Below are positions 48,929 to 58,903 of a stretch of 58,903 nucleotides of DNA, piece after piece. Within the stretch, counting starts at the first letter, position 1; every line of letters starts with the position of its first letter. This stretch comes from Ministeria vibrans ATCC 50519 (taxonomy: Eukaryota; Protista; Filasterea). Position numbers and translations under genes: made by a program. Below the pieces are notes generated by a model. The model was not told the origin of the DNA, made no database searches, and saw only the letters and a program-made list of their open reading frames with translations. The DNA is taken from positions 1 to 58,903 of the forward strand of contig CALSCP010000713.1 in the NCBI GenBank assembly GCA_943704425.1. Direction: 5' to 3'.

Positions 48929-50562
48929 CTAGGACCATGAGTACTTGGCAAACAGTACGTCTTGGCCGTGACTCACGTCGACACCATTGTACACTCCCGA
49001 GATGCCACCTGTGACCAAAAGCGCGCCAGTGGGGTCGACAGCCATCGCGTGGATGTCGTCGTCGTCGGTCGACGCAAACACGGCAGTATTGACATCCGCC
49101 AACGTAGACGGCGACAAATCCAAAACAAACGCATTCCGAAAGGATACTTCAGTGCGCGAGCCGCCCACATAAAGGTGACCCAAAGAGTACAAAATCGACC
49201 GTCCAATGTAGGAAAAGGAGGTACCAATCTGTCGGACGTTGACTACGGTCGACAGGTCCGCAGAGTACGCCACAACAAATGTGTCCCATTGTGATCCCTG
49301 ATGCGACTGCGTCGGTAACGCACCGTCAGTTTTGCCGGTCACGTATATGACGCCGGAGACGGGATCGCGCGTGCCCGACGTGTATTCGTCAAAGCCCAAG
49401 CCTTGCGACTGCTTCACCGCGAGGACCGTACCGTCAGACGCGTTGCCGCGCAACACCGTTCCATCCCACGAGCCACCCGACGACGAACCCATCACACCGT
49501 CCGTATAACCAATCGATATGAATTCGTCGTTGTCCAAGCAGATAATGGCGTGCAAACCATCGGTGCCCGACCCCCCATAGTCCTTGGTCCACATGTGCGC
49601 ACCTGTCGCGCCGTTGAGCCGCGACACACGCTGATCGTTGCCACCAAATTCGCTATCGCTCGAAGAGGCCACGCTCACACACATCACGTCGCCATTGGGA
49701 AGCAAACAGAGCGAGCGACCGCCTCCCGAGAAAGACGACTCAAACGACCACACTCGCGTGAGGTTGTTGTGAAAACGCTGCACCGACAAACCATTATTCA
49801 ACTGCAAGGCGACAAAGAGATCGTCATCCGCATTGACAGCCATGTGCACAACACTAGTGTAGGACGTGGAAAGACTCTTGGCGACGTCGTACTGAGAAAC
49901 TACACCAAACAAGGGATGAGGACGACGAAGGTGTTGTTGTTCGTTCGTCTGCAGTCAAGAAACATCTCACCAAAGTTGCCAGCCGAGTCTGTTTTGATGA
50001 TGAAGCCATCATAGGGATCGACCAAGAGCGGCTGCCCAGCCACGCCAAGGAAATAGTTGCCCTGGGAGTCGGCGGCGACCGAATTGGCAAGATCGGCGCG
50101 CACATCCGCCACCACAAACTTGGAGCCCCAACAGAGACCGCCACACGAACATTGGAACCCAAGTGGGTTTGCTGTCGTGTCCGTGCACGTAGTGTTGTCC
50201 GGCCCACACGGCGACAAGAGGCACGGTGAGCTAGGCTGAGCGTCATGTCAGAGCGAAAAGAAGAAGACAAAAAAAAGAAGAAAAAAAAAAGAGAAAGCGT
50301 TTTGTACCGGCAGAAACGATTCGATTTTTGCTTTAAGAGCGTTATACTCGGCCACGAGAGCCGACACATTGTGCCCAGCGATGAGAGCGTCGGACGCGGT
50401 CAGTGTACTGGACACACTCAGACTTCCGTCGACAACAACCTCGCCCGCGCCGTCGCAAGGACTCAGCGTGAGCGCCGACGCGTCACTGCGAAGGGTTGCA
50501 TCGCATTCGGCACACGACGCGGGCAGGGCGATTGCCACAAGAACAGCTGCGAGGAACATCAT
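48929..50562 (-). CDS. Secreted protein: signal peptide, short coiled coil, EGF-like domain, SBBP-type beta-propeller; 3 exons
   Basis: MMFLAAVLVAIALPASCA; PCLLSPCGPDNTTCTD..GFQCSC; repeats such as SVAADSQGNYF, IYVTGKTDGALPTQSHQGSQWDTFVVAYS, AMAVDPTGALLVTG, DVLFAKY. Confidence 0.72.
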
Positions 50563-50747
50563 AATCGAATGATCACAGATCAATATTCAATAATCAATGA
50601 TAATTGCAAAATTCAAAAATGAAAATCGAAACTCTTTAATAGTCTTTATTGATTATTCAGATAATTTGTGACCGACAGGCGGGGTTTACTTGTCAAATGC
50701 CTGGATTTGGCCAATTTTCAATCCGGCGGAAAGGCCGGACGCGAAGC

Positions 50748-53700
50748 ATGGAGGTAGGCCCAAGTCAAAAAAGGTTGCCCTCGGTGACTTTTTGTCGTTA
50801 TGCGTAAAGGAGGGAGATGTTGTCGAAGACCCCGGTGCAGTTGTATTGGAACGACTTGAACGAGAGGCAAGCTTACGCTCGCACGGTGGTCCGTCGCACG
50901 GAGGAGGCGACGAGGATGTTGACATGTCATTCAGTGTCAATCCTCGTCCACGAACTGCCGGTAGTGCCAGGTACCTCAAATTTGGACGTGTAGGATAGTG
51001 TGACCATGCACACATCTCCTCCGTGCATAACTGCTTCATCGTGAACCCCAAGCGTGCGTTCCCACCAGGGGAATACGTCGTCGACTGAATATTTGAATTT
51101 TCTTTTTCTTTTTCTTCTTTTCTAATTTTACTTCTTCCTTTCGCCCATGCTCTTCCAAGACGACTACGATTACCGACGCCGCCCAGTGTGAGCGTGGCGG
51201 AATTAGCCACCAAGTCAGCAGCCTCGCGAAGCACAAGCGCTCCAATGTCGCCTCGCAACAGAGGACCCAAACGTATGAACTTTTCCCTTTTTCACACCCC
51301 ACAACCCAACGACCTTCCCTGTATGACGTAGGAGCAGGCGCTGTTCCCGCACTCAATTCAACGGAGGAGCTGCCTGAACCGACAACACCTGTCAGGTATG
51401 CGCCATACATTCACTTACATTGTGCATGTGCGTAGACGCTCTGGTAGTGTTTTGAAACCCTACTCTTCTGACTCATTGCTTGCAGACCTTCGACTGCAGA
51501 CACTGGCACACCTCAAAGACAGACCCCGTTGCGCGAGGCTGCAAGCGCAACACGACTCGACGATCGACGCCCATCTCCCATTATAGTAGTCCCGGCCGCA
51601 GATTGCAACGAGCTGACCGACATGTCGAGGAACCCAGCAGTGCAGACGATTGTTCGCCTCAACGTTCAAGAGCCCACAGAGAAGGGTAATGCGCTTTCAA
51701 CATTATCAGCGCCTTTGGCGCAGACAGTCACGGATCAGATCAACGCAGCAGAACCCGCCGCACCGCGGCCAGAAGCAAATCTGGATATGTCGAGATTGAC
51801 AGGCACCGAGCAGATGTTGTCACCCTGCAACTATGTGGAACGGACAGGTAGTGGCAAGAGATCAAGACGTGACGGCAGCTTGATGCGACAAGCGCGCTCG
51901 CGCTCGCCCAAGTCAAGTTCGCCTACGTCGCCAATGCGCTCGCCGTCACTCGGCCGCCGCTCTCTACAGCTGGTACGCACCAGTGAGCAGTCGCCTTCAC
52001 ACGCTCAGTGTCGTCTCTTCCTGCGAATTGGCGGGGTGACGCGTCGCGTTGTGCTTGACCAGCGACCCGCATCCATTGCTCAGATTCACCAGCTCTTTCG
52101 CCAATCCTTTGCAGGCACTGCGCTTCCCGGATGGAAGGTATAATTAAAAAATTAAGTGGAGGAGCTTTTTAGTTATAATTATTATGGATTGATACCAACT
52201 CAATACGTTGTGTATATATGGAAGCTGTACGTGCTTGAGATGGAACTGGGCATGTTCTACGAGTTACAGTCTGTTGGCGACGTCGACGACGGCACACTAT
52301 TGTGGTACACGACGGACGCTGAATTGTCATTGCTCACCAGGTGATCATGGTTAAAACAGTTAATAATTAGTGTGGTTTAATAATATCTCTATCTTTTGCA
52401 CTGCAGCTCGTTGCTCGTTCCCAACGTCACACCTCGCCCGACACAGTCTCGGGCAAGTCCGTCCAACGCCGCGTCTGCTGTCACCTCTCCACGCGCGCCA
52501 GTCCAGGGAATTGACAACAACACGCGTCCCCTGTCAGACGACAAGCTCGCAGAGGCTTCTCTTCTCGAAAGGGTTCTTGACCGACTGGACCGTCTGGAGA
52601 CGTCCGTAAACGTATGATTGGGTACTTTCCTGTCATTATCTTACAGCAGTACGTTGTACGTGTAGAATATTGCCCGTGGGCAGGGCGGCGCTCTGTCGCC
52701 GATGATGGCACCAGCGACCACGTGCATCGCTACTAGTACTCATGTGTACGTGGTAGCGCAGTTCCAGTTGATTGTGATGAGACGCTCTTCGCTTTTTCAA
52801 TGTAGGCTCGGCCTGAAGCGCCAGATGAAGAATATGCGTCGGGGCATTGATGAGTTGCGGGCGGAGTGGACACAGAGTGCACGTGAGTTTAGTGAAATGA
52901 TGAACATGGTGAAGGAAGGAGCGACCATCATGCACGAAATCATTGCTGAGACAACCGGTCGGGACATATTATTATATTCAATTAATGAGAGAGCTGAAAA
53001 CGCGCAAGGGAGCATTAACAGTAATAATTTATTACAGATGAACCACTGTCGGAGGGACAGAAAGAACGATTGGAGGAGCGCAAGCAAGTGGAGCGGCACC
53101 AGCAGGACTACGATCAGTTTGCCGATGCGGTGGAGACGCAAGTCGACGATGTGCGGACGATGGTTGAGCTGCTAGCTCGGGATGTCGTTCAGAGGGTAAA
53201 CCAGATGTCAGCTGCAGGCAATCGAGAAGTTCCCCCCTAGGGCTTAAAACCGGTTATATTTCGTTGTAGAAATTTCCTCCAAAACGAGCAACGCTGGTAG
53301 CCATTGTGAACGAACTGGAGCGCCTAACGGAGCAAGTGCCACGATTGTCGCAGCAACACAGTCTTCTCAAGTACGACTTTTTTTTTTTGTGTGTGATGAA
53401 CGTATTTTAAATTATCGATGGCAATTGTCATGGATCAGGCGAAAGTACTGGATCGCGTGGGAGCGAGAGCGGTCGCAGTGTGAGGTTGAAGAAGAGTATC
53501 TCAAGGACGAGTCGGCGTCGCTCAAGGAAATGATACCGAGATTCCTTTCGATATGTGCCCAGATGGAAAAGATTGTGCGCTGTACCAAGGCACGTGCAGA
53601 ACAGAACATCTGAGGATGATCAGAATCAGCTTTCATAATAATAATAATTATTATTATTATTATTAATTATCATTGAAAACGTTTCTTGTAGGTTCTGGAG

Positions 53701-54026
53701 GGACAAGAACGAACTCCTCTGGTTGTCACTTCGTCAATGGAAGATATTGCAAAAGCATCGCGGATGGTGCTGGCGGAGGTAGAGAGGACACGTAGTCGCA
53801 TTGACAGCGAGGAACGCACACACATGGCAAATGTGCTGGGGCGAATGCGGTTGCTCGAACGAGAGGCTGGAAGGTGAGTGCACGTCCGTATATTAATGTA
53901 TAAGCTGTCTGGGTGAGCATGCATATTATTTTTATATATAATAATTATATTTTATTGTATGTAATATTAATAATTATTTAATTTAGTGCAATAATACTAC
54001 TACTACTAATAATAATAATAATAATA

Positions 54027-54077
<51 letters not shown>

Positions 54078-54605
54078 GATGAGTGTGTAGCTGGAAAGGA
54101 AAATGTTTATTTTGTATGATCTGCATGCGGCATTGTGTGCATAAGTATGATCAGTGAATGATGTCTTTGAATTATGTGAGTGCAAACGCTAGCATGTCTT
54201 GTCTTTTATAATTATTATAACAATATATCACGCGGCTTCGACAAGTACACTTTGAATGTAACGTACATGTGGCTAAGAGTACATCATTTGCAGACGCATT
54301 GAGGCCGGTGTGGTGGACGGAGACTTGGACAAGCTTGCTGGGACAGTTGCCGCCTTGAAACTGGACTCAGAGAATGTTCCGGTAACATATCAACCATGTG
54401 GGAAGGGTGTTTAATTAGTACTGAATCTATGTCATTAACGTCATGCGTACAGGAGTCGCCTTGTGCTCCACTTCTTGCGGTGACCGAGGACGAGCGTGAG
54501 CAATCCTTCAATCACTTGGACACGACAGGACCGCTCTCGAGTGGTTCGTCACAAACTTCACTTGTCCTCACTTGTCAGCCTTCTTCAACCGATGTATTGC
54601 ATTAA
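50748..54605 (+). CDS. AIP3/Bud6-family actin regulator (related to p140Cap/SKT); many exons, ends approximate
   Basis: LFLRIGGVTRRVVL..IAQIHQLFRQSF / LYVLEMELGMFYELQSVGDVDDGTLL matches the AIP3 domain; later coiled coil and WERE..EVEEEYLKDE. Confidence 0.72.
53990..54078. repeat. (TAA)n followed by (TTA)n, forming an AT palindrome in an AIP3 intron
   Basis: aataataata...attattattatt read directly. Confidence 0.85.
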
Positions 54606-54676
54606 ATCCATTGAAAATAATAATACTAATAATAATAACAATTAATTATTACGTTATAATTATTATTAATAATAAG

Positions 54677-54702
54677 AGGGTTAGGGTTAGGGTTAGGGTT
54701 AG
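54677..54702 (+). repeat. Interstitial telomeric repeat AGGG(TTAGGG)3TTAG
   Basis: Read directly. Confidence 0.9.
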
Positions 54703-54984
54703 ACAATAAATTATATTGTGTTTGTTAGTGTGGCGCGTTTTATTACTTTTGTGTGTGACTGTTTTGTTTTGTTAATGTTTGTGATTGTCTGTTTTTGATA
54801 TTATGTGTGTTGTTTTGGCATTTGTTCTTTGGTGTTGCTTGTAGTATCCTCTTGTGTGTTTTTGTGTTTGATGTGTGTGTTGAGGATCGCGATGTATTCC
54901 GAGTGGGCCCCATAAGCTGCTTGAGTATGTGTTAAACGTCTGAATACAATCGTAAAGTTCATGTCTCGGTTAGACAATAAATTA
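54697..54984. mobile_element. Putative short retroelement fragment flanked by 17-bp direct repeats
   Basis: GGTTAGACAATAAATTA at 54697-54713 and 54968-54984; the interior has a strong G+T strand bias. Confidence 0.5.
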
Positions 54985-55315
54985 ATAATAATAATAATAA
55001 TAATTATTTATTATTGTAATAATAATTATTATTATTATTTATGGGTGTAGCAGTGAGTCTATGGGCTTCTTTCGGGACATTCTCGTTTGGAATTCTACGG
55101 CGGAAGTATTGTGCTGCTCTTTGTTTTTTATAAAGGTTTGTTTTGACATTGCGTACAGCTCGTGACTTTATTTACAAAAGCATTTACCATTTACTACCCA
55201 ATTTATCATACATAGTAATTTGAAGCCTTACACCCTATTAGTAGCTGTCACGTGTGACGTGTCGGAGGGCCGTTACGCGAGTAAGTCTATAGAGTTACCT
55301 TGCCGTACCCCAGCC

Positions 55316-55364
55316 TTCGAACATTCGACTATTCGATCGAACTATTCGATCGAACTATTCGAAT
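55316..55364. repeat. Tandem quasi-palindromic TTCGA(TCGAAC/CTA) repeat
   Basis: ttcgaacattcgactattcgatcgaactattcgatcgaactattcgaat. Confidence 0.8.
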
Positions 55365-56273
55365 TACCATTCTATACTAGAGTCTTGACACTAACACTCA
55401 TCTAACGACTAACAGTGAGTTACTTTTTTTGTTCAAACCCACTCCTAGCGATGCGATGTTAAGCAGGGTGCTGTCTCGAATCGTGGCGAGAGCGCTTCCA
55501 AAGGCTCGTTGCACCCATTTCGACTCATCCTTTGTCTCGAAGTCAACTCCTTCGCGACGCCTGTTGCTCCAATACACACAGGGCCTGCTAGGGCGATCTA
55601 TCACTTCTCTTCGCATCATGCAGAACCACGCAATCTCTCGTGCGGTATGGAGAATTCAAATTTGGAAAAAATTTCTTCGCTTCTCCTGTTCTATTGCTCG
55701 TTCAACGCACTCGCACACCAGCCGTATCTCATACTAACTTGCGCCATACGAATGATACGATACCCCAGCCAGAATTTTGCAAGCAAGTTGGCAAGTTGTG
55801 TTCATTTTTGCTCTTTGCACCGTGTGAGAAACACATACTCCTCGCTCTGATGCTCAAGGGTTGAACACACTCATAGATGCCATCTGCTGAACCTCCTGCG
55901 CTCGTTATTTTTTTTTGACACTTCGTCAACCCCAGATCTTCACCTGGAATCATTTGAGTCTGCCTTCAAAACGCAAGAGCTTGCTTAGTACCTCCACCCC
56001 TTACCTTAACTCTCCTTCTGTCATCTTTTGCGTTGAGTCTATCTTCTCGTTTTTTTTTTTTTTCGTCTCTCTCTCTTCTCCACCCTCCAAATATCCGATA
56101 ATCCGACCCCAGTCGTGTGAGCAGTGAAATCTTCATTTGCTTACCCTGGTGTGTACGAAGTGAATACCTTGACATTCGCCAACAGATTTTTTTTTTTACA
56201 GAAGTCCACCAGGGCAACAACACCTCTGACAAGCACGTCTGTCACACCCGATGCACACACTGCCACCTTGAAG

Positions 56274-57052
56274 ATGGGTAAGTGAAAGACTAAAGATACA
56301 CACACACAAGTCGTAACACGACACTGTTGCAGTCAACTACGCGCACACACCCGACGAGCTGCGTGAGGCGTTTCTGCAAGAAGAATTCCAGATCGCTCTC
56401 TCGGAGAGCGGGAAGAAGAAGTTGGACGAGTTCCTGCAGCTTCCTGGCCTGGCCTCTGGCCCCAGATTCATTGTGGCGTACGGCAAGCCCGAGGCGCAGC
56501 TCGATATCAACCAAACACGCGACTTCTTCAACAAGCTGTTTCTCGAAGAGTACCGACCAGACTATCTCCCTCACCAAAGCACAATGGATCACATTGCGCA
56601 AGGAATGTGGAAGCTCCGTAAGACTAAAACACAAAAAGAAGGGAAGAATACGATTCAACCCGTTTACAACGTACCATTCCCAAATTTGTAGTGCAGGCCC
56701 AGCGAGTGAGTGCCAAGGACGACGACAGGCATCTCATCCTCCCTGGTAAGCACAAATATACAGCCCTCACATTCCCACAGTGTATGGCGATTCTTCACCT
56801 CTCTTTCGCTATCTCTCTCTTTCTATCACTTTGTTTCTTTCTTCTCTCTCTCTCTTTCTATCACTTTGTTTGTTTCTCCTCTCTCTCGCTTTCTCTCTCT
56901 CTCTTTCTATCTCTTTGTTTCTTTCTTCCCTCTCTCTCGCTTTCTCTCTCTCTCTCTTTCTATCTCTTTGTTTCTTTCTTCCCTCTCTCTCGCTTTCTCT
57001 CTCTCTCTCTCTCTCTCTTTATATATCTCTTTGTTTCTTTCTTCCCTCTCTC

Positions 57053-57148
<96 letters not shown>

Positions 57149-58903
57149 CTCTCTCTCTCGCTCTCTTTCTCTGTCTTTGTCTCTGCCTGTCTGTCTGTCT
57201 CTCTATCACCTTGTGTCTGTCACTCTCTTTCTCCCTCTCTCTGTGTTTTTGTGTGTCTGTCTCCATCCCTCTCGGTCTCTCTGTCTCTTTTGCTCTGTCT
57301 CTCTCGCCCTATCTCTCTCTATCGTTTTTATTTCTCTCTCCTCTCTTCTCTATCGTGCCCTAACGCTGCTATCCTCAGAACTCATCCCGTACGAACCGAA
57401 TCGCCTGCCCCTGAAGCCACTCGAAGAAACGAGCCCCCGCACCATTTCTGATAAAGCACCTCCGTATGTCACTGAGGCCAACTGGATGCAGACTACACTG
57501 TCGTACGTTGAGAAGGAGTACAAGCGTGCAGACCGTGACATGGGAAAGGTAACCCACACTCTCGCGCTCAACTCAGTCAGTCGCAGTGGAAAGACCCGCA
57601 CATTGCTGGAGATTGCGTGGGCCCTGCGGCAGCGCAACATCAACGTCATCTTCGTCTCGTTCAACGACATGTCACGCCTCATGGATTGGGAGCGCAACGA
57701 CTCCGAAGGTGCTCTCTTCCGTCGCATCCTCCATTACGCCCATGCAAGCCGCAATGACGATTCAAGCCGCAATGATGATTCAAGCTACGATCAATACGAA
57801 TACCTGCGTGTCGACCGCTCCACCATCAACGACTGGCTTGGAAACAAACCCTGCATCCTTCTTATTGACGAACTTAACAACATCTACGATCCCACACTCC
57901 CCCCAGAAACCAACAAGAGACGCATGCAGCCGCTCGCCAACTACCTGAGTCGAAAGTTTGTCCTGCCGCGCAACCGCTACCTCATTTTCACGTCGCACAC
58001 GCTGACATTTTCCACAGCTTGGTCGACCTCCCTGGACTCGAATATCAACCGGCCTGTGCATGTTCGCAGCCTACCTCTGGCTCAAGATGTCTATCGAACG
58101 TGCGTTTGTCTCAAGATGGACGAGATTTCCGCGTACGACCTTCTCTACTATGGAGAGCTGCCCGGCCTGCTCTACACGTACATGACCAGTGGCCTCGACA
58201 ACGACGACAAGCTCAAAGTCGCCCTGTCTGCCTTTCAATCGTCACTCTCGGATACCAGGCAGCCCCCTGCTGAGATAGTCCTCAGACGTCTGCTTCGAAG
58301 CGTCGTCTCTGGGGACTACGAGTGCATCCCTCCGGTTCTCCATCCGTTTCTGACGACAGAATCGAATGAATCGGGCGTGGGCTGGGTGCGATGGATCCCG
58401 GCGTACCTTGTCAGAGTCCTGGAACATGTGGCGAAATCCGACACGGCGAACAATAAGGTGCTCAGCCACGAGTTTTGCGACGCTTTGAGGGCGTGTGCCC
58501 AGCAATTTGTCGATTTCACGCGCAGCAAAGAGCAGAGCGGCGACGCGTGGGAGCATATTTTTGTTGGAATGCTCCTGGTGCGGTGTCTTGCTGGCGAGTA
58601 CGATCCTACTGTTCTCCCTCTTACATTGGTCGAAGGCGTCGACTGGTCCAGTACCACGGTGAGCTTCAACAGGTTTTGCAACAAAAGCATGCACGACACG
58701 GACTCATTGCTCGAGTCTCTTCGCCCACCACCTTCCTTCCCACACATCTCCATTGTCTACCCGACGCTTTTATCCTTTCCACTGTACGACGTCTTCGTTT
58801 TTGTGTACTGCGAGCCGAGCAAGGATCCTTCTTTGTCCTACGGCTTTCAGTTGAAAGAGGGCAAGGCCATCCCAACGAATCCGTCCACACCATTCATCAA
58901 CAG
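56274..58903 (+). CDS. Crinkler/RHS-type protein: P-loop NTPase + PD-(D/E)xK nuclease; runs off the window, may start further upstream; exons 56274-56277, 56333-56617, 56692-56745, 57379->58903
   Basis: Exon 57379-58903 is stop-free by hand translation: Walker A NSVSRSGKT, VIFVSFN, Walker B CILLIDELN, LIFTSH, YYGELPGLL, RWIP, SGDAWE, YPTLLSFPLYD, GFQLKEG. Confidence 0.82.
56800..57352. repeat. (CT)n microsatellite/degenerate ~50-bp minisatellite in the Crinkler intron
   Basis: Repeated tttctatc(a/t)ctttgtttctttcttc..ctctctcgctttctctc units, then a pure CT run. Confidence 0.9.

Noticed and set aside
54677-54960. Telomerase RNA template or hammerhead ribozyme in the insert
   Set aside because: About four repeats is too long for a template, and no CUGANGA/GAAA core is present on either strand.
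56710-57451. ORFs of SLSLSL/RERERE
   Set aside because: Translations of an intronic CT microsatellite.
1-58903. Alternative genetic code, U12 introns, tRNA/rRNA, CRISPR arrays
   Set aside because: Genes I spliced work with the standard code and GT-AG introns, and I recognised no RNA gene or repeat-spacer array by eye.

Overview
Gene-dense, intron-containing eukaryotic nuclear DNA. Exons are GC-rich; introns and spacers are rich in poly-T, (CT)n, (GT)n and (TAA)n; there are three N gaps. Animal-like genes (STK11IP, KANSL2, CUEDC2, CCDC43, FBF1-like, PLEKHH/MAX-1-like, TBC1D12/14) sit beside a SOS1-type antiporter and a Crinkler-type gene. This suggests a unicellular opisthokont, probably a holozoan (inference only). 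I hand-spliced about 24 protein-coding genes, many in head-to-head pairs with very short shared promoters. Highlights: (1) a PH-PH-MyTH4-FERM protein with a ~480-aa N-terminal array of ~47 tyrosines in ordered Src-substrate/SH2-docking motifs (19 YxN, 8 YxxP, 4 YGV[I/F]); (2) a Crinkler/RHS-type NTPase + restriction-endonuclease-fold gene at the right end, missed by the ORF track and possibly preceded by a mitochondrial presequence exon; (3) a ~250-bp insert bounded by 17-bp direct repeats that abuts an interstitial (TTAGGG)n tract; (4) a putatively myristoylated BAG protein and a CaaX-ended LEA-like protein. All family assignments come from motif recognition by eye, not database searches, and exon boundaries are manual predictions.
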